DNA of 64,000 nucleotides from Eledone cirrhosa (lineage: Eukaryota), in assembly GCA_964016885.1 (NCBI GenBank), contig OZ024749.1, forward strand, positions 43,834,001 through 43,898,000. Direction: 5' to 3'. The notes under the pieces are model-generated. The model ran no database searches. It saw only the letters and a list, made by a program, of their open reading frames with translations, and was not told the origin of the DNA. Positions 38,323 to 64,000 of this stretch are shown piece after piece. Position numbers and translations under genes: made by a program. How positions within the stretch are numbered: position 1 is the first letter of the stretch; each line of letters opens with the position of its first letter.

Positions 38323-38672
38323 GCAAAATGAATGCAGTGAATTGAACAAGATGTTTTCATTTGTTGTTTTTTGAGGGGAAAGGGGCTCTTTTTCAAAGGA
38401 GCTAGATCTATTGTCAATGATACCCCCAAAATACTTCAAGAGGAGGCTTGAAGTATACAAAGCTTTTAGGTGTTTTTTTTATTTTTCACAAAGCATATAT
38501 ATATGTATGTATGGTAGGATTCTCACAAAAAAAAATTTTTTTTAATTTAGCAGAACTCATACTTGTAATGATCACACATGAAGGAAATGGTGTTGTGGTG
38601 TGTGTGAAATACAAAAATGCTTTGTTTTGTGATATCTGAGTTAAGTGATTGTTAAGAAATGAGCAAAGGGTG

Positions 38673-38710
<38 letters not shown>

Positions 38711-39534
38711 GGGTTAAAAAAATTGGAGAGAAAATTGTTTGGTCGATGATGAAGGTGCAACCAAATTTTAGAATCATTAAACAATGGTAATGATGATGAT
38801 GGTAGTGGTGGTTGTTTTGGAGGTTGGCAGTGGTGATGGTATTGGTAATAGTTGATGGTAATACAAGCCACAGTGCTAAACCATCATCAACATTATCATC
38901 ATAACCATTATCATCAAATATTAGCAATGACGATGATGGTGATATAAATTACCACCACCACCACCACAACCAAAACTTCCTCCTCTAACAGTTTTACCAC
39001 TGCCACCACCATCATGATGTTTTCAATTATCCCCACCAGCACCATTATCACCATCATCATCATCAAAATGACCAAGATCAATGTCATCACAGCAATTATT
39101 ATAATTTTTTTTTTTTTTTTTTAATATATCCATTAAGGTAATATTTAGTGTGAAAGGCAATAATGTTGATATCACAAAGATAGGTACTAACAGCTGAGAC
39201 TGGAATGTCTTACTATAATAAAACACACACATACACACACTCTAAAGAATGGCTTTACTAAGTGGCACACACACAAACACACACATATATATATATATAT
39301 AGGTTAATCATGTGTAACTTTACGTTACTATTGGTTCACCAACTTGAGTACTCAATGCATACATAGAGATATTATATATACATATATATATTTCAACCCA
39401 AAGTGTTGTCTCTCTGTACAAACACATACATACATACATACATATGAACACTCAAAATGCACACACACACAAGCACATAATCTAAAAACTGTTAAAAATG
39501 AATAAAGCTGTAGAATTGTGCATTTTTGCTTTAT

Positions 39535-39575
<41 letters not shown>

Positions 39576-40425
39576 TAATATAAATACTATATCTGTTTGT
39601 GTTGAGATGTGCTTTTAGCAAATTAGGAAAACACATACACCAGTGTCTTAATTTTTACAAACAGTCTCAAATATGTAATCGCTATGGTAGGCTTTTTTAC
39701 TATTGTATAAGCATTATTATTATTATTATTATAAAGAAAAGCTCAATATTTTGTTAGTTAGAATTGTCGTTTGACATTTGTTACTCCATGTTCTGCACGG
39801 GCTGGATAAAACCCAAATATTATATCATGGTTTCATGAGACGTTAAACAACTGTGAGTATAACAAGCCTCTGGGATGGGACCCCAGTCCATCACACAGCA
39901 AATTCCCAGCTACTGCTGCTGCTGGTACTCATTTTCAGCTGAGTGAACTGAGTGAACTGGAGCAATGTGAAATGAAGCATCTTGCCCAAAGGACACAATG
40001 TATCACCTTGTCTGGGAATCAAACATGTCTTTTTGACCATGAGACCAACACCCTAACCACATAGCCACACACCTTCACAGCATTTTATATTGTACTGAAG
40101 TGGCTGTACAGTATCATTATCATTATTATATTCATATCTTCATTTTTCTTGTGGCAGAAAGAAATTATTGATTTGAAGATTATTATCATCATCCTCATTA
40201 TTAATATTATAATAATAATGATTTCTAATTTAGGCACAAGGCCAGTGATTTGAGGAGGAGGAAAGTTGATTAAATTGACCCCAGTACATGACTGGTACTT
40301 TATTTTGTCAACCTCGACAGAATTTGAACTCAGAACGTAAAGAACTGTAACTAAATGCCACAAAGCATTATTTCACCCAACACTAACAATTCTGTCAATC
40401 TCCCATCCATGAATATTATAACAAC

Positions 40426-40456
<31 letters not shown>

Positions 40457-42539
40457 TCTCATCTCATCTTTAGAACCAACATTTCTTGAAGTCACATTTT
40501 TCACCGCCATACATATGTATGATGGAGAAGAATATATAATTATTTTTATAACCATTTCTTTATTTCTCCATTTCTGCCACATTAATATTTAGACCTTTAC
40601 TGGATCACAATTTGAGAAGTTATTAAGCAATGTTCCCTTTTTGGGGGGAAGAGATTGTTTATTATTTGGAGGCAGCATGGGCTTCTTATTTTTTGTTCAA
40701 GAGATCAGAAAACCATGTTTTAGTATTCTTAATGGTTTACACAAAGGTGTTTTTTTATCTAATTCTATTCAGTAAGTAACCATTTATGTCATCACAAATA
40801 AGGTCTGTTTTTTGTTGGTTTTTTTTTTAGAGGATACAGGGGGTCTTTTCTTTCTTTTATTTTTCATTTGAGCTTTTTCATGTCATCTTCAAGAGTATGA
40901 TATTTTATCCTAAGAGTTTCAGACATTGAAAGGAAGTTTATCTCAGAACCAACCAACCAACCAACCAACTACTGTAAAACATTGCCTAAAAGAAAAATTA
41001 TATCCTCCCTTCCTCCCCAACAGCCATGTCACGGGGTCCCCCAACATGGCTGCTGCCTGCTTTAAGCAGAGGGGAAAAAGATAGCTTTAAAACACTTGTG
41101 TTGTGTTGGGCTAGATTGTTATATGTATTAGAGATAGTAAATTTCATGTGTATGATAGTATGGTATAGGGGTCATCCTAATTTTTCAGAAACTGTAAAGC
41201 ACTGACTCAAAAAAAGGACCCACTTATCATGGTGGCCCACAAGATTAACCCCTTGCTTTAGCTGGGGGAAAGGGATAAGGGAGGAATGGCCTTAAAACGT
41301 TTGCAGTGTGTTATGGTATGGTGTGGTGTTGTGTTGTTATATGTGCTAATGCCAGTCAAACTGCTCCTTTATTCAATTCAAACTTAACAGACCCCCAAAA
41401 ACGATTTCATCCAAAAATTCTTTAAACTACAATTGTAATTCAACAACAACAATATAAGTCAGGTACAAAGCCACTTTAAGTAAAAGCCACTTCAATCAAT
41501 GAAAAAAAAAAAAAATAACACAGCAGTTCATTTTATTTGTTTGTTTGTCATTTGTCATTTATCAAGCAAGAAATAAACCAATTGTGATAAAACTTTTAAA
41601 ATCTCGTTTTACATTCATTTTTCCATTTTCTCCTCTGATTTTTCTTGTTAACTTTTTATTTTTCATACTCTGGGATGGACATGTTTATAAACAATAACAT
41701 TTTCAACAACTCATTTTTTTTTTTTTTTTTTTTGTTAGTGAGGGAAGGGATCCTCAAATATGATTGGTACTTATCTTATGGAGTTAGAGAGGGTAGGAGA
41801 GAGAGAGAGAGAGAGAGAGAGAGTGAGAGAGGAATGGAGGAAGGGTGGAAAATGCACAAAGTTAAACTGTGTGGAATAATAAAGCAACAGCAAAAAAAAA
41901 AAGAAAATTAAACAATTTATTATTAAGCTACCTTTTGATGTGTATAATAAAGCCTGTCATGGGGCCTGCAAAGTTAACGCCTGATATAGAAGAGGGAATG
42001 GCCTTAAAACACTTGGGGGGGGGGGGGAGGGGTTAAAAAAATATTTACTGAATAGAAAAAAGGAAGGGAATAGATAGCTAAGGAGAAAAATTGATAACTA
42101 GGGATATATTAATAAAAGGAAATAAACTGAAAGAAATAACAAAGCTAACACTAAATAAATGCCAAAATACTAGCTGACCTGTGCCAGCAACCATCACTCA
42201 CAATCAAGTATTGCTTGGTCGTATGTACTATGATTTTCCTTAAGGATGTTAAGTGCCCAAACAGCCTGGAGCTGACAGAGACACCCACATACACCCAATC
42301 CTCTTTCTCCTGTAATCCAGCAGAACATCCCATCCAGGATGTGACAGTTAAAAAGAGACAGAGAGAAAGGAGGGAGTGCTTTGTTTCTTGATTCTGAAAG
42401 GATGAAAGGTAAAATGGAGCTTGGCAGGATTTGAACTCAGAATGCAGAGCCACGAAACAAAGCTCTAACAGATCTAGTAAATTGACCACCATAGAAGCTT
42501 GCTGACTGACCCATTATTAGCTAAGCAGTTGGTCCAACC

Positions 42540-42788
42540 CAGGGCACCTTTTTGAATTCCATGTGTCTAACACCCATGAGCATGTCTACAAAGTCAGAAA
42601 ACAGCACAGCTTCCATGACTTTTGGAAACATTTTTTCATGCTCAGAGTTGCTGAAGCATGGAACAAACTACCTGCATCAGTTGTTAGCTGTCAGGACACT
42701 GCATCCTTTAAAATTTACATGCTTCCTAAAATTTGCCAACACTACACCTGATATTCCTCTTCTATACACACACACGTGTGTGTGTGTG

Positions 42789-42858
<70 letters not shown>

Positions 42859-42975
42859 TCATGACTCATACACTGTTCACTTTCCTGACATGTGTACGTT
42901 ATTCTATGTTCTATACAAGCACCTTTGATGAGTTGTAGTGCACCTGAGTATTATACAAAATAATTTTCATTATTA
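42540..42975 (+). mobile_element. CR1-like LINE 3' end
   Basis: Peptide KHFFMLRVAEAWNKLPASVVS..TASFK followed by a 3' UTR also present at ~25081-25262 (+) and ~51440-51580 (-). Confidence 0.8.
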
Positions 42976-43149
42976 CATGTAAAATATCCTCCATTTGGAA
43001 AAAAATAAGCATCCACAGACAAAATTCCTCTGTGCACCACCTCCTTCTCTTCATTGTTATTCTTATTATTATTATCATCATTATTATTATTAAAAATACA
43101 GAAATACACTTACCCATCCACCTAAGAATATTTTGGATCTGAATGCAAT

Positions 43150-44270
43150 GTAATGTGGTGTGGTGGGATGTTATGTGGTGTGGTGGGATGTGATGTGGTG
43201 TCGTGGGATGTTATGTGGTGTGGTGGGATGTGATGTGGTGTGGTGGGATGTAATGTAGTGTGGTGTGGTGTGGTGGGATGTAATGTGGTGTGGTGGGATG
43301 TTATGTGGTGTGGTGTGGTGGGATGTTATGTGGTGTGGTGGGATGTTATGTGGTGTGGTGGGATGTTATGTGGTGTGGTGGGATGTTATATGGTGTTGTG
43401 GGATGTGATGTGGTGTGGTGGGATGTAATGTGGTGTGGTGGGATGTTATGTGGTGTGGTGTGGTGGGATGTTATGTGGTGTGGTGGGATGTTATGTGGTG
43501 TGGTGGGATGTTATGTGGTGTGGTGGGATGTTATGTGGTGTGGTGGGATGTGATGTGGTGTTGTGGGATGTTATGTGGTGTTGTGGGATGTGATGTGGTG
43601 TGGTGGGATGTAATGTGGTGTGGTGGGATGTAGTGTGGTGTGGTGGGATGTAATGTGGTGTGGTGGGATGTAATGTGGTGTGGTGGGATGTAATGTAGTG
43701 TGGTGTGGTGTGGTGGGATGTAATGTGGTGTGGTGGGATGTTATGTGGTGTGGTGGGATGTTATGTGGTGTGGTGGGATGTTATGTGGTGTGGTGGGATG
43801 TTATGTGGTGTGGTGGGATGTTATGTGGTGTGGTGGGATGTTATGTGGTGTGGTGGGATGTTATGTGGTGTGGTGGGATGTGATGTAATGTGGTGTGGTG
43901 GGATGTTATGTGGTCTGGTGGGATGTAATGTGGTCTGGTGGGATGTAATGTGGTGTGGTGGGATGTGATGTAATGTGGTGTGGTGGGATGTGATGTGGTG
44001 TGGTGGGATGTAATGTGGTGTGGTGGGATGTAATGTGGTCTGGTGGGATGTAATGTGGTGTGGTGGGATGTTATGTGGTGTGGTGTGGTGGGGTGGGATG
44101 TGATGTAATGTGGTGTGGTGGGATGTGATGTAATGTGGTGTGGTGGGATGTAATGTGGTGTGGTGGGATGTTATGTGGTGTGGTGTGGTGGGGTGGGATG
44201 TGATGTAATGTGGTGTGGTGGGATGTGATGTAATGTGGTGTGGTGGGATGTAATGTGGTGTGGTGTGATA
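43150..44270. repeat. G-rich pentamer-based satellite (~20-bp unit gtggtgtggtgggatgt(t/a/g)at)
   Basis: Direct inspection. Confidence 0.95.
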
Positions 44271-45645
44271 CGGATGTGATGTGACATAACCTAGTATTAT
44301 TTTATCACTGGTGAGCACCAACATTATTCTGAAAATGTCTTTAAAATGTTAATCATATGTATGTATCTGTATATATGTTTATGTATGAATGTCTGTGTAC
44401 AGATATATATATATGTGTATATATGTGTATATATATATATATATGTGTGTGTATGTGTATATATATATATTTATATATATATACACATATATATTTATAT
44501 ATATATATGTGTATGTGAGTGTGTCATACTTTTTCCTATATATATATATATATACACACATACACATGAACATACACAAATAAATAAAACATAAAAATTA
44601 AAATTATGGCAGTGGTGGAAATGTTAACAAAATGAATTTTTTTTTACAATTCCATTTATCTATATGTATGGTATGTCAATGGTATATAAATGCTAAAACC
44701 CCTAAATAAGTGCGATAAGAAGCCCGAACCCTTTAGGATTTGGGGTCTAACAAAGCCTCAATTTTACATAATTTATTTCCCTGTAAAAATCAAAATAAAT
44801 TCAAAAGGATTCGTTCACTTTTAAAATATTTTTTCCTATTACAGATTCTACATTCACAAAATATGACAGATCATATTCTTGTAACATTTTACAGACACAC
44901 ACACATATTTTACAGACACACACACATATTTTACAATTTGTTGTTGGAACAGTGGGAGAGAGGGGTTGTGTCTAGGTCATCTTTAAGAATTTAATTTTAA
45001 AAATTTAACACACACACAGAGAGGAAGTTTTACAAAATTGGTTTTTTTTTTTTTTTATGCAGGGTTTGTGGTGATGAGTAGATCCATAACAATTTTAGCA
45101 GACATGGGGTAGTTTTACAAGATTTTATGAAATTTCTCATGATTTAATAAAAGTGCCACACATAGCGAGGAATTCATTTGGGAGGGATTTTTTTTTTTCG
45201 TTTATATTAATTAATTAATTATTAATTAATAAATTTACTTATTAATTTATTCATTTCTTTCTCTCTCTCTCTCTCATTTTTTTTTATATTATTTTTTTTT
45301 TTGAGTTTACCATACCCCTGTAATTAAAATTATTTAGTTGTAATTATGTTTTGTATTTTTTTAATTATAGAAGACATTCCTAACTTTGGAGTTTTCTTTT
45401 CTTCATACAAGTTTTTTTTTTCCTTATTTTAATTTTTATTCTAAATTTTGGCCACTTGAAGTCTGAACTGAAAATGGAGCACTAAATTTGAATAAAAACA
45501 CAAGTTAAGCTTCTTGTTCTTCTTCTTGTAGAAGTAGTAGTAGTAGTAATAGTTGTTGTTGTACCTTTCATTTTGTGTTTTTATTTAGTGTTGTTGTTGT
45601 TGTTGCTGTTTGTCTATATAATGATGAGGGATGTCTGTATGCCCA

Positions 45646-60088
<14,443 letters not shown>

Positions 60089-60761
60089 CTAGGAAGAAAA
60101 GAAAATTAAACAAATATAGAAATAATTCAAATGATATGAAAGGAAATTAAACTTCACAGTTCACACTTATGAAGGTTTAGCTGGCATCCTAAGAGGTTAC
60201 ATCACATAGGAAGTTTTATGTGTGTTTTAATGATAGGGGGCCCCAGTTGTTGTTACAACTTAAACCTTCAAACCTGTGTAGGTTTAGTTGGCCGTCTATG
60301 AGGCTATAATCTCATAGTAGGTTTCATCAATGTGTTAATGATGGAGGCTCCAGTCCAATTATATTGTTGTTACAGCTTAAACCTATGTAGATTTAGCTGG
60401 CCTCCTGAGGTTGCATCTCATAGGAGGTTTCACTGGTGTGTTCATGATCGGGACTCTGGTACTATCGTGTCAGAGCTCACACCTCTGTAGATTTAGCTAG
60501 CCTCATATCAGGTTGTATCTCATAAGAGAATTGTTGGATATTTTAATCATGAAAAGCAATGTGAAATGAAGAATCTTGCTTAGGAACACAATACACTGTC
60601 TGGTCCAGGAATTGAGTCCAGCATCTTCTATAAACCAAATAGATTAACAGATACAAACATAGAGTAAAATCATTTAACCCTTTTTTTACCATATTTCTAA
60701 ACTGCCAATGATTTTCAGCTAGTTTTGAAAATATTCAGGAATTTGGAGGGATTTAGTAATA

Positions 60762-60859
60762 CAGTGTGTATCAAAATGAATCACCCGATTTCAAAAGGTT
60801 ATATTTTTTAAACAAATATATTCTTTTGAAATCAGATGCTTTTTTTTTTATACACACTG
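60762..60859. mobile_element. Small Tc1/mariner-type MITE nested in a piggyBac-type remnant
   Basis: TA|CAGTGTGTAT ... ATACACACTG|TA with internal gatttcaaaag/cttttgaaatc symmetry. Confidence 0.65.
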
Positions 60860-61177
60860 TATAATTAGCTTTCTTATTATTAAACTGGCGTTGGGTGCAT
60901 TACTTACATAAAGATTCTTAGATAAACTTATAATGGGGAAGTTAAATTCAAATATAAATATTTGTTTTAATAAAAAAAATCAGGAGTGGTTTCAGGCGTG
61001 TTGACGTCAAGAGTTAATTCTTTTAAACAATATTTTTAATACTGTATTTTTAGAATGGCTCATATTAACACATAAATAAAAGCAATGATGTTGTTGTTGT
61101 TGTTTAGATCTAGGTGAATAAAGGATGTATTGGATAATGTAGTTCTAGACCAGACATGGGCACATTTTTTTCAAGCA

Positions 61178-61697
61178 GTGAGCCACATAGGACGTGGCTT
61201 ATCATAAGGTGAGCCACATAGCATGTGGCCCGTCATAAGACAGGCCACATAGGATGTGGCTCGTCATAAGACAGGCCACATAGGACGTGGCTCATCATAA
61301 GACAGGCCACATAGGATGTGGCTCATCATAAGGTGAGCCACATAGGATGTGGCCCGTCATAAGACAGGCCATATAGGACGTGGCTCATCACAAGACAGGC
61401 CACATAGGATGTGGCTCGTCATAAGACAGGCCACATAGGACGTGGCTCGTCATAAGACAGGCCACATAGGACGTGGCCCATCATAAGACAGGCCACATAG
61501 GACGTGGCTCGTCACAAGACAGGATGTGGCCCGTCATAAGACAGGCCACATATGACGTGGCTCGTCACAAGACAGGCCACATAGGACGTGGCTCGTCACA
61601 AGACAGGACGTGGCTTGTCATAAGACAGGCCACATAGGACGTGGCCCGTCATAAGACAGGCCACATAGGACGTGGTTCGTCATAAGGTGAGCCACGT
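61178..61697. repeat. 31-bp minisatellite of hairpin units, ~17 copies
   Basis: Unit gacaggccacatagga(c/t)gtggctcgtcataa. Confidence 0.93.
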
Positions 61698-62473
61698 GAG
61701 GTTATGGAACAGGGTGGTAATGTTTAGAATACTTTTGATCATAGGCCTACTCAATCAGGCGCTGACCTAGGACTAAATAACAACAACAATGCTGACTACG
61801 ACAAGAGACTGGAAGTGGAGGGTGGTGGTGGGAGGGGGGTATCTAAAGAAAGAAACAATTGGAGAAAGAATGAAAAAAGAATGAACGAAAGAGAGAAAGA
61901 AAGAAAAGAAAGAAATGAAGGAATGAAGGAAGGAATGAATGAAGACAGACTAAAGAGGAATATAAAAACAAAAAGATAAAAACAAAAGAAGTGAAGAGAA
62001 AGAAAGAGATGAAGAGAAATATATGTGGGAGCAGCAATGGAAATAGTGAGGTCTGCAACGAAGAATTTCTTCCTCCTCCTCCCACCTCCCCTTCCTCTAC
62101 CCTAAACGATACCACATGTGGTAGCAGATATAAAATAACAAGTCATGTTGGAAGAAACTTTACTGTAATGTCTGTTAATTAAGACTATATCAACTTTCAT
62201 GTAGTAGTAGTAGTGGTGGTGGTGGTGGTAATGAAAGGCCTACAATATGGGGTCTCTCAACCCTCTAGAAATAGCAACATAAGTCACCTTCCCTCTCCCT
62301 CCCTACATCTCTATCTATCTGTTTTCACTATCTCAAATCATTCTATACCATTTTTAACCTTTACCTTACAATAATTTCTAAAGAAAGACACCGTCTATGA
62401 GTTTCAACTCCTTTTCAATAATAATCAAGTATTTCAAAGGTTTTCATAAAACAACTAACTTTTTTATTATTAA

Positions 62474-62691
62474 CCCTTTAGCATTTACATTACTCTATAT
62501 TTACTATTATGTTTTCATGGTAAAGGCTTTACCTTATATAATTGTCTCACGTAATATCGAATCTATGAGATTTTGATATTTGTTTTGAGAACAATACCTT
62601 AAGACAAGTATGAGTGGCCAGTTACATCCGGTTTGAAGAGAAAGAAGTGAGAGTATTCTGGCCGGATACGGATGGTTTAAATGATAAAGGG
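62474..62691. mobile_element. piggyBac-type MITE, family P1
   Basis: TTAA|CCCTTTAGCATTTA ... TAAATGATAAAGGG|TTAA. Confidence 0.8.
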
Positions 62692-63657
62692 TTAAGTTGG
62701 TGTTTAGGAATTAGCAAAGTTTCATTACATACAATTCTGATGGAAGATTTGTAAGATAAAATATTGTTTGTATGGACCCATAACTCTTGTGGAGTCTTAG
62801 GAACACCATAGTGAAATACAGCATCTCTTGGGCAGTTTTTATACCTCACAGAGCCCATCCTCTCTCTAGGTCTGAAAACAGCTGGTTTCTTCCAGGAGAC
62901 GAAAGAGTGGGGGGGGGGGGGAATGAGAAAGAAATATAGGGGAAGAATCGACCTAGTACTGGACTGACATTTTCTTTATTGACCTCAAAAGGATGAAAAA
63001 TAAAGTTGGCCTTGGTGAGTTTTGAACTCACACTACAGAGAACTCAAATGAAAAGAATATATTTAAAAAAATGAGTTTCATGATTCAAATGTTTATGGTA
63101 TCTTTACTAGTGGACTGATTGTTGCAAACATTTGCAGTATTAGAGTAAATATTTCAATTTTTATTACGATGTAGTGAGTCATAATGCTGTTTTTTTTACT
63201 TTTCAAGAATGTCTTGTTAATATGGCTTCATGTGATACAGGATGTTAAGAGTTAGAAACAAAACAAGACAAAACTAAGGACATTCTAGTCACAGTATCAT
63301 GAGAGAGAGAGAGAGAGAGATAAGAAAAATCGGGAGAGACAAGAAAGCTCTAGAGAGAGAAGCTGGTAGCTGGATGGATCCTGATTCAACAAAGCCTGTG
63401 AGCCAATGAAGAGAGAGAGAAAGAGATGGTGTGGGTGCTGTGCTGTACTGTGTGGTGTGGTGTGGTGTGGTGTGGAGTGGAGTGGTGTGGTGTGGTGTGG
63501 TGTGGTGTGGTGTGGTGTATTGTGGTGAGCTCAGCAAGAAAGGCTTCAGCAAATTCATACAGTGTTGTTGTTTATCTGCATTGCTTATTGATTGATTAAC
63601 CAAAGAAACTGCATGAATGCAGAGAATCAATGATCTGAAATAAAGACACAAAGAGTG

Positions 63658-63766
<109 letters not shown>

Positions 63767-64000
63767 ATATATTAATTTAAAATATTAACAAAATAGATAT
63801 TCTTGTGATCAAGTATATTTTATTATACATATTTCAGAGGTACTGAGTTAACTTCAACTAAACTTCAACTAAAATTTTAGTCCAGAATTAGCTTGAGCTC
63901 AGCCGTCGGGGTCCTACTCGTTCCTATTACCCACTCTACTACCCTAAGTATTGAGTACTTTGGTGCGTTATGGTCCATCTGGTTCCTTACCACATTTCCG

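Noticed and set aside
61178-61697. CRISPR-like array of palindromic ~31-bp repeats
   Set aside because: No unique spacers, no cas genes, eukaryotic intron context; the same applies to the 68-, 54- and 50-bp arrays
63815-63965. Hammerhead 3' half (minus GAAATATGTATAATAAAA) as a complete ribozyme
   Set aside because: Matches the 49019 family tail but no CUGANGA core was found; treated as a remnant only
63986-64000. Donor site (gtaagg on minus) of the next upstream ACSL exon
   Set aside because: Adjacent bases do not encode the expected ..GKxFKK end of that exon, and too little sequence is available

Overview
AT-rich eukaryotic genomic DNA dense in microsatellites and SINEs. The repeat families suggest a cephalopod such as Octopus (inference). 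Two convergent multi-exon genes can be reconstructed by hand with GT-AG junctions and consistent intron phases. The first is a complete TEX11/ZIP4-like meiotic TPR gene on + (29 coding exons, 6338-33777, 940 aa). The second is the 3' 14 exons of an ACSL3/4-type long-chain acyl-CoA ligase on - (60088-45646); its 5' exons were not found in the window. Nearly all ORFs in the supplied track are microsatellite or tandem-repeat artefacts. Introns and intergenic DNA carry three SINE families, CR1/RTE/Tx1-like LINE fragments, TA-flanked Tc1/mariner-type MITEs, TTAA-flanked piggyBac-type MITEs and several minisatellites. The most striking unexplained structure is a dispersed set of long palindromes and inverted repeats next to (TA)n tracts. 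These carry type I hammerhead-ribozyme-like folds (CUGANGA...GAAA, often with palindromic stem III), and a Penelope-like RT fragment with a perfect inverted duplication lies among them. Together they suggest a diverse Penelope-derived hammerhead/hairpin repeat system.
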